Part shown: positions 1 through 14,051 of the stretch, piece after piece | Layout: each line of letters begins with the position of its first letter | How positions within the stretch are numbered: the first letter of the stretch is position 1 | Assembly: GCA_010093815.1 (NCBI GenBank) | Contig: ML996575.1 | Direction: 5' to 3' (one strand) | Length of the DNA stretch: 64,000 nucleotides | Source of the DNA: Pseudovirgaria hyperparasitica | Lineage: Eukaryota | Program-made: the position numbers and the translations under genes | Notes under the pieces: generated by a model | What the model saw: only the letters and a program-made list of their open reading frames with translations | The model's database searches: none | What the model was told of the DNA's origin: nothing

Positions 1-1306
1 CAATGGACCGAGATTGGCGCTTGCTATGGTCGGCGCCGGCCGTCTGCCATCCAGCGGCAGAGTCGGCGCCGCTGGTGGCGGGAGAGGGGTCTCGCTGAAC
101 TTGCGCTGCGGCCGGAGCGGATGGAGCAGAGGGTGGAGCTGTGTTGGCAGCGGGCTGTGGCGCCGAAGCCGCTGTAGATTTCGATGCGGCAGATGTGGAT
201 CCCGAGGCAGCTCCGGGCATCTGAGGCATGGCGACTCGGTTCGCAGCAGCAGCGAGACTGGCCCAGGACTTGGGAACAGCAGGCTTCGCAGGAGTAGGGG
301 CCGGGGCCGGGGTAGCCTTTGGTTGCACTGGAGTCGGCTCGGGATCTTTGGGCTTCTCGGGCTGCGTTACATCTTCTTCTTCCTCGACGGCGGCAGCGGC
401 AGCCTCTTCTGATGGCTTCTCTTCAGTAGAGGTGACAGCAGCAGCAACGGGGGCATCTTCAGCGACGTCGATCTCAGCGTTATCAGGAGCTGCAGTGCCG
501 TTGACAGCAGCTGGCGGAGCAGACACCTCAGGCTCAGCATTTGCGTCGGTCGCAGAAGCTTGCTCGTCATCCTCATCAAGCTTGTGTGCCGTCGCCTCAT
601 CGTTGTTACTCAATGATTCGGCCGGAGTATCGTTGGCGGTGGACACCGCTTCAGTGGTGCCTGCGGCTTCGGCGTGGGATGCATCTTCTGCCTCAACCTC
701 AGCATCCTCATCGGAGATGTAACGGAAGATGTCATTCAGGACAAAGTAACCATTCGTCTGCGCGGCAAGTACAAAGGTCTGAACGAACTTCTTGTGCGGT
801 TGTTGCTTGTTGGAGATTTCGCCGATGACTTGGATTACTATGTGTTGATCGGAGCCCTGAGAGTCGACATTGGTAATTCTGACCTTACAGTCTTGGAATT
901 CGAGCTCCTTGATGCGTTCGTTGATGGTCTGTCGAGGGTTGGGGTTAGACATGATCAAGCTAGAGAAGCAGAACCGATATACAATAGTACCTTTTGACCG
1001 ATGCAGACTGCAACCTTCTCCTCTTCAGTACCAGAGACGAATTGGGAGCGTTTGTTGTAGAAGAGCTGAAGACGGATTAGCAAGCTTTTGACATCATGAT
1101 CCATATTATCCGCTACTCACGAAAAGCTTCTCCGGGCTTCGGCTAAGGGTGGTGTAGTATTGCTCGACAAAGTACCAGCCGACCTCATCCTTGGGAATGT
1201 CGCTGCCACCCGATGAAGATTGAGAGGAGACGCCGTCTTTCTCTGTGCTTCCGTAGTTTTGCTGATGAGGTGCGAAGTTGCCGTTTGTAATCTGTTCGGT
1301 AGCCAT
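1..1306 (-). CDS. NTF2-domain RNA-binding protein (G3BP/Nxt3/Bre5-like), 3' end runs off the window
   Basis: Exons 1306-1121, 1065-991 and 928-<1 with GT-AG introns give ...EVGWYFVEQYYTTLSRSPEKLFLFYNKRSQFVSG...RITNVDSQGS...KFVQTFVLAAQTNGYFVLNDIFRY (NTF2 fold), followed by an acidic/Pro-Ala-rich region. Confidence 0.9.
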
Positions 1307-2392
1307 GATTCCGATGCGGTAAAGGTGATGTGGAGTCTTGAACGAAACAGCGATGTGGAAAGTGGGCAGGCAAGGAAGGGTGACGAAAGACTGTCTGAAT
1401 AGATGAGGGCGTCTAAATGAGACAGATGTCTAGTACGTACGCATGTCAGCTTTGTTTGAGGACCTCAAAGCTTACAACGACGTACTCGGAGATCGCGACT
1501 GGGAAGATTCAAAGGTCGAGGTCAAGCTGGGCAAGTAAAGTCGGGGGAGCTTTGCTTGGTAGAGAGGAAACGGAGTGTGCGTGGGCGGTATTATGGATGT
1601 GATGGAGAAGTGTATAGAAGAGACACGATAAGATCTAAGGTCAATTCGCGCGTAGAGAGATGGAGAGAGGAAGTCAGACGTGTCTTGATGCTGAGCAAAG
1701 GTTGTGGGGAGAACGACAATGAATCGAATTCTATCCTAGCCGGAAAAATGAGTGGCGACTAGGGAGCAGGCACCCTAGCTCCCGCAACTAATACCGCCGA
1801 CCGAGCATATAAGATATATCCACGAGCGACAATTGGGCATGCAACATGTATGTGTCGTGAATTTTACATCTGAGTACGAACTATCCACGCAACTATCGTC
1901 ATGACATGAGTCTGCTGTCCGGTCAATTTTTATACATCAAAGCTGGCATGAGCGCCTGCTCCTAATCACCAAATATTTTTCTGCCAAACTCGTGCCTCAG
2001 GCGCCAATTAGAGACCGGAATTGGCGGTAAACCTCACCATTCACAGCATCCGTCAACCAGCATTCCACTGTTTCAGGATCTACGCCATGAAAGCAAATCA
2101 CACACAACGTTAGGTACTGAGCTCATTTTTCCTTGTAACTGTTGGTGTTGTCACCGTTAACAACCGATGCGCCGCGCTTAATTCTCCTTCACAGGCAGTG
2201 GCGAGGAGAGCGTCTCCAAGTGTTCACGGTGCCAGTACAGTATATACAGCGTGCGGACATGTCTGCATGAGTTAATGTATAGAATATATATGACGATATC
2301 ATCTGCCAAGATAATGATGCTTTATACTCGTCAACGTGACTTCATCCCTTCCACCCTTGCAAACGTTCCAAGCATGGTATCTCCCCCCCTTT

Positions 2393-4245
2393 TCATTCGT
2401 CCCGCCCTTTAGCAAACCAGCCCCTGAGCCCAACTCCCACGGCACCCACGGCAAGAGCGGCATTGAAAACCGCCATCATCCAGAACGGCCCTCCCTTGGC
2501 GACATCGTCAAAGAGCCAGCCACCCAACTTCGTCAACAAAAGGATCGCAGCGCCGCCAAGTAAGCTGTATATGCCTGCTATACTGCCTTTGAGATGGGTG
2601 CGTGAGGTGGGCTCCGGATCATATGAGGGAGGATCGGTTGGTAGCAGGGGCGCAGCTTCAAAGTCTCTTGAGTTCCTGGCAGTAGTCAGTGAGGCGCCGT
2701 TGGGATTGGCACCTGAACTTGAAGGTCGGGTATGGGAGGCTGAGTTTGGGTATGAAGGGGCTTCGCGATATCCGTTGACATCGTTCGAACTGTTTGATCG
2801 TGCGCCACCTGCTTCTCCATGTATGCCTCTACCTAGCAATCCTAGACTACAGACTATCGCTCCAATCTGGCTGATACCCAAGAGTGCGGCAACGAAGTAG
2901 ATGCCGCCTGAGCCGTCTTCACTCTTGGGGTCGGGCGATTTGACAAGCGCAAATGAGACATAACCCGCAATGCCAGTCATTGAGGAGACCAGTAGTGGTA
3001 TATTGAACCGGTTCGAATACTTGGCCGAGAAGTAGCCAAAGATTGGTGCGCAGATAAGCGCAACCAGCTGGGACGAGCCAGTCAGAGTGGCAGCCAGGAT
3101 GTATGCTCGGCGACAGTTGTCCTTCAAGTCTGGCGGTAGGGCCTCGGGGGGTGTGTCTGATGGGGGACATTTCCCCGTCGAGATGAAGTATGCATTGCAA
3201 AACAGAGGTATGAATAATGAGATGGCGACAGACGAGGCGCGCGCAACAAACCCGCCAAGATAGCCTAGTCCAATGTTTCGATCTTGAAAGCCAAGTCGTA
3301 GGGCTGACAGGAGTTGTTGTGCGTACGACAACACGGGCGGCGCGCTGATGCTTGAGTGTGAGTATATATCGTCTTTGTGAGTCTTGTGTTGCCAGATCTT
3401 TCGCATTGATTTCGTGTCCTCACCCGGCAGGTGCCTCAAGCCAATAAAGCAACCAATCGCGACAGCGAAAGCCACCGCCCCGACTACGTAGAAGGAGTCC
3501 GCGACTGCTTCCGCTCTTGACTTGCCAGCCTCTTGAAATGTTGTAGGGAGTGGTAAAAACAGTAGCAATGCGATGAGGGCTCCACAGCCAGTGAACATGC
3601 CCACGAGTCCAGCCAGTCGCGAAGTCGATGCGCCGCTATCATTATCGGACTGACTCGGTGTTGAGGGGGACGTACTCCGCCATCTCGCTGGTGTTATCGT
3701 GAGTTCAGACGATATCGAGGGAGTAACGTTGTGACGCTGGGCGGGTGATCGCGAGTGCGAACGTGTGTCCGGCGTGGGCTGGACGATGTACGTCATGCTT
3801 GGAAGGATCGCAGTAACCATTGTAGCTCTGCGCATTATGATATGAGCATCACTCGACTGTACCAGAACTGCAGTACTTACGTTGCGGCACCTCCCAGGCT
3901 GAAGAATATCCTCGCAAGAAGCAATTGCGGGTAGACATTCTTCGCCTGCACGAGCACGTACAGACTGCATCCGACAATCGCATAGCCCATCACTGCGACC
4001 GCCCTCACGCCTATACGGTCGCTCAATACGCCCCATAGAGGACAAGCGACTAGTGCGACGAGCTCGTCGGCGAACCCAAGTGTGCCCACGGCATTGCCGA
4101 CTTTTTCGCGGTCCCCAATCCGCTCGGTGATGACGAAGCTGATGGATGCGTTGAGGAAGACGAGGAATGATATGCTGAATAGAGCGATACACAAAAGATA
4201 GGTAAGAACCTGTGTGCGGCTCGCGGTGAAGGATATTGCTAGCAT
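2393..4245 (-). CDS. Major facilitator superfamily transporter
   Basis: Exons 4245-3881 and 3827-2393; many hydrophobic helices; MFS motif-A-like WGVLSDRIGVR. Confidence 0.85.
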
Positions 4246-5116
4246 GGTGCTACCAATGAAGGGGGGGGGGGGGGTTTGCGGCTTAGCAGGTGGGTATTTG
4301 TGCGTTGCGGACGTAAAGGCAAGATGATGGAGGCCGTAGCATCTTCCAAGTGAGCATGCGACAAAACGATAGGATGTGGCCGAGTGTTGATGAAGAGTTG
4401 TCTGTTCCGACGAGCGGACGTTCCCACTTGCGCGCGAAGCCTTGCTTCAGGAACAATGGAAAGGTGACGTGACTCGTGCAGACCCAATTTTCAAGGAAGT
4501 GCCTGGGCGGAGCTTTGCTATGGATCAAGAGAGCTACGTACTGTCCTTTGCCTAATCCGTGCTTAGACTGCTTCTAAGATTAGCTTTGTTGACATTAATC
4601 ACTCTAGCGTAGTAGCGTCGAATCTAGAGAAATGCCGCTAGAATCTGTCTATGATTCAGGGAATGGTTGGTTGTAGCTGAAGGCACGAGGTTGACAAAGA
4701 TTATAAAGAGCTACAATACAATTACGATTATACTATGAACGCAGACACAAACGCGAAACAGCCGGGTAGAGTCGGCATACTGATGATATGTATGTACATT
4801 ATGTGCTGCTGTTCCAACCCTCCAAGCCGCCACGTGAATCTTGTTCTCATTTTCTCATTTTCACGTTTTTTCCCCCTCCTCATTTCTCATTTTCTCGTTT
4901 TTTTCACATCCTCGTTTTCTCGTTTTCCCATTTTTTCGTTTTCCCATTTTTGGTCAAGCCAACGCGATATAAAGACAAAAGAGGAGCTGCAGTCGAATTT
5001 ATATCTCCAAGGAGGTGTGTATGTTCAAAGCAGCTCATCGTCGAAAGTACTTTTTTTTTCTTTTTCGTTCCTTCTCAAAACAAGGTGTTGTTGTATGTGG
5101 CAAGGTGCTGTACAGA

Positions 5117-7649
5117 TTAATACTGCTCGTAGGCGGGCTCTTTTCCTTTCCTCTCTGAGGTGCCGCTGCTAATCATACGGCCAATCCTGCTCAGTGTGGA
5201 GCGGAGATGGGCTCTCCTCGAGTCTTCTGTACCAGGCCGCTGGATGGGACCATACGACCGGGCAGGAGACGTGAAAGGGTCGGTATTGGCAGGCGATGCA
5301 CGCGAGACAGTCTCGTCACCGTCCATTGGACTGACGCTCTGGTGGCGAGCATAGCCGGCGTTCCTGGATTGCTGCTGCTGTGACGTGGACGAGGACCATG
5401 GACTGGGTCGTGGTAGGGTCGCCTGAATTCGTTCAGCGGCCATGCTGAACGTAAATTCTGATGAAGGGGCTTGCAAGTGCCACGGGACAAGCGGCCGATC
5501 ATTGACTCCGCCAGGCCCGCCCGCAGAGATGAAAGTCTGCGCGCAAAAGTCCTGGCTGGTCGCGCGGACATGGCGACTTGGTCCGCTTTCGGAGCTTTGA
5601 GGCGATAACTGACTGCCCAAGGCTGGTTCCGTCTGCGAGCGGGGAAGAGGAGTGCCCGAGGACGGAATTGGAGGCAGGGGTTTTGTGTATTTGTGACCGA
5701 GACCTGGAATGACAGCGGTGAATGGCATAGGGCTGATGTCTCTGAAGGATGATGTTCCGTCTGGATACGTCTGGGTTGGGCCGTAATATCGGACTGCTGC
5801 TGGCTGGGGAGGATCGTGGCGTGGAGTGAAGAGGCCCGCTTCAGGGTTGAAAGTCTGGCTGGGAGGCGATACACTGTTCGAGGAGTTGTTGCATAGAGAC
5901 GTGGAATGCTGAGCGTGGCTACGTGGCTTGGTTGGAGTTACGGGCATAGACTGATGGGCATCGCTGCTGCCCCAGGGCCAGGGATTGGTGGCAGGTAGGC
6001 ATCCTGATGGCCTGGGGGGATAGGGCAGCCCAGGAGGGGGCTTCGGACAAGACTGTGCAATGGCTGTAGTTGGCGTGGCTGGCAGTCCAGGGCAAGACTG
6101 TGCAATGGCTGTAGTCGGCGTGGCTGGCAGTCCAGGGCAAGACTGTGCAATAGCTGCAGTCGGCGTGGCTGGCAGTCCAGGACAAGACTGTGCAATAGCT
6201 GCAGTCGGCGTGGCTGGCAGTCCCGGAGGCGGTTTGATTGAGTATACCTGGAGAGGCTCCGCATTCTGAACGCCCCTTTTGCCGTAGTCCGGATCGAGTT
6301 GACAGGGGCAGGGAAGACGACGAGACTCAAAGTCGCGATTGGTACAGCTCTTGAGACAGATGCATCTGCTGCGTGGATCTTTCCTGCATTGACATTTCAG
6401 GTCTTGGCTCGTCGATTTGGGAGCAGTCAAGCGGGATGGCGAAGTGCGGGACGGCGAAATGTGGGATGGCAAAGTGCGGGATGGCAAAGTGCGGGATGGC
6501 AAAGTGCGGGATGGCAAAGGGCGGGATGTGTCGGTGGTAGAGTCGGTCGAGTTTGTTGAACTGTGTGTGCTGCCGTCGTGCATCTTGTACACGGCCTTGG
6601 GGATGGTCTGACGACGAAGAAATTCACGTAGCTTATCAGCGACTTCCGCGTGCTGGGAGGAGGAATGTCCGGCATGTTGGATGCTTGTCTGGACATGTTC
6701 TCCGCCATCTGACTGCTGTCGGGCTTTTTCTCGCGTGATGTAGCGATTGATCTCGATGGCAATCATTGCTGGCGCCAGCTTGTTCATCTCAATCAGCCCA
6801 TCCTGCGAGAGCACATGGCGCAAAAGACGGACGGGACCGCGCAACGATTCGACGGCCCTTAGACTGTCGGTGAAAGTTTGAGAGTTTGAGGGATCCGTGG
6901 ATGGAGTGGCTTCTGAGAGCAGGCCGGTGAGGTACTGGTTGATCTTGACGTGCATTTGCAATGCGGCTATCAAGTCCTGTTTCATGAGAAGTAGCCAGAG
7001 ACCATGGAGTCGGGTGACGAGATCCTGAACGGTGCCAACGTCAGGCCAGATGCTAAGATTGGGCCAGGCGACCATTGTTTCGAGGGATATGAAGCCGCTC
7101 CTGAGTCGGAGATGCAGCTCGTCGTAGAGTTGACGTATGCTGGAGCAGGTTGCGTAGAACAGGTAGTCGAACTCGTGGAGAGGACGGCGTCGGTAGTTCT
7201 CCAGACCCAAGGCTGGCCTCTCAGACGTTGCTGGGACCAATGGGCTGAGGGGTCTATCGAGCGAACTGAGTATCCAAGAGAGCTGGGAATTGGTCGCCTG
7301 GACATGGCTACCGAAGAAAGGCTGTATGATGTGGTCAGCTTCAACTGTTTTCTCCCTTGATACTGCGAGATCCAGCTAGACTTACAGGCTGTCTCTCTAG
7401 TGACAGACACGAGACGCAGTCGTTGACGTGCTGAGCAGCGTGCCAGATGGATGCTTGCGCGTTCGATTCGCTCATCTGAGGACGTGTATAATCATGACAG
7501 AAGGGAACGATGCGCAGTGGTTCTAGATGCGTTGACAGGATTGGATTAGTGGCACCAGAGCCAGCAGTACCCGAGCCAGCAGTACCCGAGCCAGCAGGCG
7601 CATCGCCGTTTGGGAGGGTAGAGGTGGGGGGACGGTGCGAACCACTCAT
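5117..7649 (-). CDS. Hypothetical Ser/Pro-rich protein with internal tandem repeats and a short Cys cluster
   Basis: Exon 7649-7386 and intron 7385-7322 (GTAAGT...CAG) join in frame to the 707-aa ORF; no recognisable domain. Confidence 0.65.
6045..6225. repeat. 45-bp coding tandem repeat, about 4 copies (PGLPATPTAAIAQSC)
   Basis: Near-identical units gggcaagactgtgcaat(g/a)gctg(t/c)agt(t/c)ggcgtggctggcagtcca. Confidence 0.95.
6431..6528. repeat. 15-bp coding tandem repeat (SRTLP-like), about 6 copies
   Basis: Repeated gcgggatggcaaagt and variants. Confidence 0.9.
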
Positions 7650-8851
7650 GGTGATTGATGGAGAGCGGTTCGGGTAGGGTTGATTGGTAGGAGGATATAG
7701 TGTGTGTGGAAGATGTGAGGGCTGTTTTCAGGGATGAATGTGTGTGAAGGGAAAAGGGATGCGGAGACAGGAACAGGGAAAAATGAAAGAAGGAGAGCAA
7801 TGGGGAGACATTGTGTCCGCTCTTAAGTACACACAAGGCGGGCGGACAGGCCGGGCAGCGAATAAATTTTTTTCTATTGTTGTAGTGAATCCATGGTAGC
7901 ATGACGCGCTCTGAACGGAGACGCGCTCTGAAGGACCAAGCGCAGGTGAAGATGCTTCTACGCTCTGAACAGCGCCCCCCCAAACAGCTTCAGCAACTTC
8001 TGTCAGGGCGGGCTCGAGGGCGTCGCGCACCTCCTTTTCCGGAGGGGACGGATAGCTAGTCGTCTAGTTTACTGAAGTTTCCACGGATCTGTGTGTATGG
8101 AGGAGGGTCGAGGAGAAGAAAAGTTTGCAAGCAGTGGGTGTTCTGGAGTGGTAACTGGATTGGCAACACACGGGCATGTTCCTGCCATGTCTGCCCTGAT
8201 CATCCGGTTCGTCTGTAGATTGGGACATTTCAAGATTCCAGGCTGCAGCACATTGTTCGAGGGATGCAAAGGTTTGTTAGGTGACGTAGGCGAAGTGGTT
8301 CCCCATGGATGAAGGAAATGGATGGGGTTTAGGTAGCTTGGCATGAACTGGAATGGGACTAAAGGTCAGCCAAGCTAGGAAGGAGCAGAAATCAGAAATC
8401 AGAATTCAGCGCAACAGAAATTCCATTGATACGTGCATTCTCCCTCCTTACAGATTTCACTACGGCGCCCTTTAATGCGTGGTCTACTTGCTGCCAACGC
8501 TCAGGATTTGAACGTGATCCAAAGCTCTTTCAGCTCACAAAAAGGTAAACAGTGCCATGATATATCAGACGTATGCTGATTTTATAAAAAAAAACAAAAA
8601 CAAAGATAACAAAAAAAAAGATGGCATAACAGTAGAACAATCAAGGTCGTGGATATTGTGTAGAGGAGACTCGGAGCATGCCACAGCGGGCAGCTGGTCT
8701 AGCATGATAACGATGCGATATGCGGAATGATAATGATCGACGTGTATGATTGAGGTGGTGGTGGTGGTGGTGGTTGAATGGAGGAGCAAGTCTGTGTATG
8801 GATGGATGGATGGCTGGATGGATGGAAAGCGGTCGGTCATACACATATCGA

Positions 8852-9218
8852 TCAAGCCAAAATCTTCTTCTCGTCAAAAGTGCGGGACTTGAAGACGGCG
8901 TCCTGGCCACTGAGTCGTCGACCGAGGGCACGCTCGAGTTTGGCGCCGAGAGCAAGCTTGCTCATGTGGTCGGTCTGCTCGGGGGAGACGGTGTATCGCT
9001 GCTGGGACAGGCGCTTGTCCTCCAGACGGGCAAAGCCGGCATTCCAGCTCTTGATGTCCTGGGCACGTGGATCTTGGGAGTTGACGGAGTCACCGGACAG
9101 GTGGGAGGGAGCGATTGAAGGAGCCAGAGTGGCAGCGGAGTAGGTGCTGAAGCGGATGGAGGCGCGCTGGTTCTGCTGCTGCTTGGCGGGTCAGGATGAG
9201 GAGTGGTATGGAGGAGAG

Positions 9219-9256
<38 letters not shown>

Positions 9257-9308
9257 TGGTACGTACAGCAGTGAGCATCGGCCTCGACGACTCGACAGAA
9301 GAGCCCAT
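8852..9308 (-). CDS. Small (~120 aa) fungal hypothetical protein, missed by the ORF track
   Basis: Exon 9308-9267 (MGSSVESSRPMLTA), a GTACGT intron containing (CT)n, then exon ~9181-8852: QQQNQRASIRFSTYSAATLAPS...RLEDKRLSQQRY...MSKLALGAKLERALGRRLSGQDAVFKSRTFDEKKILA*. Strong C-ending codon bias. Confidence 0.8.
9222..9257. repeat. (AG)n microsatellite; further simple repeats at 8753-8825, 9343-9362 and 9575-9720
   Basis: Direct reading: (GA)n, (GGT)n, (GATG)n, (GGACA)n, (CTACC)n. Confidence 0.9.
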
Positions 9309-10898
9309 TGTGTAGAATGTGTGTGGTGTGGTGTGTGATGTTGGAGAGAGAGAGAGAGAGAGTGGGAGAAGGAGCAGGTCGGGATGGAAGGTCAGCCGGG
9401 CGTGGAGAAGCGAAGGTGTCGAGTGTTTGTGGGAGAGTGGCAAGTTGACGAGATGGAGAGTGGAGGAAGATGGTGATGATGATGAAGGAGGGTAGTAGGG
9501 TTGAGGCAAGTAAGTATAGATTTAGTGGTGGTGGTGGTGGTGGGTAAAGGGAATGAATGAATGGGAAGAAGCCAGGCAGACAGGACAGGACAGGACAGGG
9601 CAGGAAAAGGCAGGAAAAGGCAAGTCAGCCAAGAGGATGGGATGGGATGGAATGGCACTATGGCCGCTTGCAGGCCCCCAACCCGCTTCCTCGCTCGCTA
9701 CCCTACCCTACCCTACCCACTAAAACTACCCACTATTACCCAGCTCGGCATCACTTTACGCACTCCATACTCAGTAATACGCCGTCACCACTACTCGCTA
9801 CTCATGCTTGCTCGTGCGCGGCTGCCTGTCGCCCCGAGCAGTCGGGAGCTTCTTGGCTGTGTTTCACCACTGCTGTTGTCCCTTTATGCCCGTAGCCTGT
9901 CCTGTCATGCTAATCACTCTCTCTATGCATACACTGAGCACTCTCACCACACTCGACACACTCGACCCGCACGCCAGTAATAGCAGTAGTGGTGGTAGTA
10001 GCAGTAGCAGCAGCAGCACAAGCAGCACGACTCAGGGTCTGGGTCTGTGTACTGTGTGCATGTGCATCTCCACCTCACATGATCTTCACGTCGTGTGCCC
10101 ACCATCAGCCATGAAGGCGTCGAGGCACGTGTGCAGATGGCCAGACGGGCAGAGAGCGTCAACAGCATCAACTACCCATGTCCCTGTCGCTTCTTGCGAT
10201 ATTAGATATGATGAGGCGATGAGAGAGATTTATAGAGATGAAGATTCTGTCGTTTGATTATGCTTGCTTGCTTGCACCGTCTGGTGGGTCTGTCAAAACT
10301 CTATTCTATAAATGTCGCTCTCGACAAGCTTCCGGCCCGTTTTTGCTGCTATTAATTACAGTACTACAGTACTGTACGGTGCCATGTCGTGCTGCTCCAT
10401 CTTAATCATCTATTTCCATCCATCGCTTCATGCAATCAGCACAATCAGTGGCCTGATCTCGCACTTCCTCTCCATCCTGAAAAGGCTGAAGGCTGAAAGG
10501 GTCGTAGATGTGTTGATGCAAACATAATCATGCGCTGATCATCTTCTCTCCTCCACGTAAGCACATTGGTCGCCGCCGCAGACAAGGTCGCTCCCCCTTG
10601 TTGACTCAGCGCCCCGCCACTACTGCCACGTGTTTGCCACGCGGTCGCTGATGCACCTTTTTGCCTTGTCTTGCTGCATCTCCATTCATTGTCGTCCATC
10701 CAATCTGCTTGTTCTGCCTCTGCTTCACCACCGCCTTGATCGCTGCCCTAATAAAGGAAGGATTCATCATCAGCCAATCCATTCCACCAATCTACCTGTC
10801 CGGATGCCTTCCATGCCGCCCCCTTCCGACCTCGTCAGTCATTTCCAATTCTAGCTGATACCGTAATATTACCATCAGCATCGCAGGTGCCATGCCGC

Positions 10899-12080
10899 TC
10901 ATGCGTATACCTTGACGCTGTTGACCAGCCAATAGCTTTCCCGGAAGTTCTGTGGCTGCCGCGCAACATAGCTCGTGCAGCTCGTGTCCGAATTGTAGCA
11001 ACTCGTATACTGACTCCACACGTTGCCAGCCCAGTCTCCGCAGAACTATAATACCACTGTCAGCTTCATACTCCATTCTTCGACTTGTTCGACACACTGA
11101 CCGTAATGTCAAAGATGATCTGGAGGTTCTTGAAATACGAGTCGAAATTGCATCCACCGTAGAAATTCGCCTGCGGCTTCGGCCACGACGCTGGGTTCGG
11201 ATTACCGTTGCGCACATCAGACGGCACATCTCGCTGCGCCCAGTACCACACCTGGATCGCCGAGCTGGTCCAGAGTGTCGCGTACACACCGCCGCCGTTG
11301 GCATTAAAGGATGTGCCATATGTGTTGGCCTGCGTGCTCTTGACGCCGCACCCGTTGTAGCCACTGCCGGCACCACAGTCCGAGTTTGCAACCCGATAGC
11401 CGTTCTCGCCCGCCGGTCCAACGCCGGGCGAGCATCCAGGCGCAGAGTGCAGCGTCATCTGGTTGCTCGAGTCTGTATGGACGCCCTCGATGATATCAAT
11501 CTCGCCCGAGTTGGGCCAGTTTGGGCCCAGCATCCAGAATGCTGGCCACGACCCGCACTGCGATCCGGGGATGTGCGCAAAATCGCCAATGATGAGGCCG
11601 TGGTTGTACGACGGATTCGAGTGGATCCTCACACTGTTGCGGCCGGGTCCGCTCGTCGATATCACATTCGTGTTGTCCACGCCAATGTAGACCTGGTTGT
11701 TCTGCGTCTTGTACAGCCCCAGTCTCTGAGCGTCGGCTTGGTTGAGGTAGTTGACAAAGCCGTGAGCTACGTCGCGATCAGCCCGTCTCTCTTGAAAGTG
11801 TTGTTCCTCCAAGTGACCTACTCGGGTCTGCTATGTTCTCAACAGTAAACTTGCTAAACCAGTTGCTGGCATCGTACGTGTCGACAAGTCTGTACGATGC
11901 CGCCGAGTCTATGCGAGGATTGCTCCCGTTTCCTTGGAATGTCTGTGGATGCACCACCTGCACAGGCTCAGGCTGGGAGAGATAGAGACCGTCCCCTGGC
12001 GCACCCGCAGGGCTAGGAGCAGCTCTGGCAGAAGACGTTGCGCCAAGCACAAGCAGCGAAGCAAGACTCCGAAATGACAT
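10899..12080 (-). CDS. GH16 endo-1,3(4)-beta-glucanase, secreted
   Basis: Signal peptide MSFRSLASLLVLG; WPAFW and catalytic GEIDIIEG motifs; last exon FCGDWAG...YWLVNSVKVYA*; two introns. Confidence 0.93.
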
Positions 12081-13718
12081 GTCGATGCCCCGGAGAAAGA
12101 GAGAGAGATATATAGATATATACAACAACAAGCCCGGAAAAAGCCCAGAGAAAACAATATTCAAAGAACAACCTTTTCCTGGATAGCGTGCCGCAAAAGA
12201 GGATCATGGAGCAGACTTATACGCCCTCCTATAAATCTGCTGTTCCCCAGCCTTTTCTCTCCCATCGTGACAATGCCAGCCATGCGTCCTTCCCAAACGG
12301 ACATAACCTCCCACCACTAATTAATCCATAAGCCCTAATTACCCACCGTGTAAACCACACAAAGCACGCGCAGAAAACAACACAAGATGCGGAGATCACA
12401 CGCACCCAGCGTGTGCGCGCGCGCAACGTAATATATACTGCAATGGATGGATGAATGGATAGATCGCCCTGCATGCATGCATCTCGCATGACATTCCAGA
12501 CGTTCCACAGCCCCGGACTACAGATCTCATCCTCTCTCCTTCCCTCTATCGCTCTAGCCACAGTAAGGCATCTACCCGGTATCCGGTGCAACCCACCCTA
12601 ATTATTTCCCTACCATCTACTCGCACATCTGCCCTCTGCACCAGTCAAGTAACACAATACCCACGAATCAAACCTTTGCCTTTGTTCCTCCAATCTACCC
12701 TGCGCCGTTTTGTAGTGCAGTGCAGTGCAGTGCAGCGATGATGGCATGGCATGGCATGGTATAGAAAGCGAGAGTCATATGCACGCGCACGCGCGAATCA
12801 CAGTTTGCATCGCGGTGGCGCGTGCCCCTGCGTAGGGCTATGGATCCATCCATCCCGTAGTGCGTCGTTGCATTTGCTGCTGTGATGTGTGCTACGAGGT
12901 GGGTTTTTTTTGCTAGGCTAGTGCGCTGGAACGGGGACATTCATGGAACTTACTAATTACAGAAACCTCTGATCATAGCTAAAGGGGAAGATGGATAATA
13001 AGGGTGTAGCGAGGAGATAAAGGAACGGAAAAGGAAAAGAAAAGAAAAGAAAAGGCTAGAAAAGGCTAGGTGTGTAGAATAAAGAAAATACTGTTGTGTG
13101 CATGTCCAGCCAGGCACGCTGGTTGGTGCATCTAAGGATGATTAATTAGTAGGTTTGATGGAATGGTTCAGTCGATCTGACTAGCGTGGTCTGGGGTAGT
13201 TAATTACATCCATTCCTGATGATTATCTACCTGAAATTAATTAATTACAGGGGCGGTCGAGGGTTTGGATTGGGTGGATCTGGACGAGTGCCTGTGTGGT
13301 AGGTTGGAATGTCAAGGACTTTCCTCTTTCCTAGTTGGGGTTGGTCGTGTGTGCTTCTTTCGGCTTAGGGCTGGAGTGGATGAATGGAGTAGGGAGTGAG
13401 GAGTGGACATGCGGCGGGGACATGTGTATAACTGACCGATTAAAAAGGTAAATACCACGGGGAGGCCAGTCCGGTATCTAAAACATCCCCACTACGTCTG
13501 CGCCTCTGCACACGAGGCTTTCTCACACGTCCAGTGTACTTTAATGTTTCCAAACGCTCTAAACAAAGATTTACAGAGACAAACAAATGCCATCACAATC
13601 CACTAAACACACACACATCAAAAATAGCAAAAGCACCAAAGTCTCCCGCCCAGAACAGCAGGTACACGCGAACCTTTCGTCTCTCTCTGCACGTCTGTCT
13701 GCCTGTCCGTCTATCTAC

Positions 13719-14051
13719 TTAATTACCTAATCAGACGTCAAAGCCAGTTCCATCCAATCCATCCTGCTGTCCCAAAGAAGCCTAGCTCCCGCGCCCCCCT
13801 CCACATGTTCTGTCAACTAACTACTTACCCCGCCCCCGCATTTCTGCAAGAGGAAGACAAGACAAGAACCCCGCGCGCGCGGCTCGGGAAGCGTAGACGT
13901 GGTGAACGGCAGCTTGTGGCGGCAGTGGTGCAGGCGGGGACTGAATGGACAAGTCACTGCGGCTTTGCACGGTTGGCCTTGTTGGACTGGCTGGAGAGGG
14001 ATTTGTTTGGTCTGGGATCTGTTGACTGGATGGATGGTGGAGTGAGGGCAT
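13719..14051 (-). CDS. Possible small hypothetical protein (~76 aa)
   Basis: MPSLHHPSSQQ...AARAGFLSCLPLAEMRGRG, then a GTAAGT donor (13828), a TAG acceptor (13727) and a T-rich 3'UTR-like tract; no homology recognised. Confidence 0.3.

Noticed and set aside
4840..4950. Degenerate TTCTCATTT repeats resembling an array
   Set aside because: Low-complexity pyrimidine tract; no spacer-repeat architecture, so not CRISPR.
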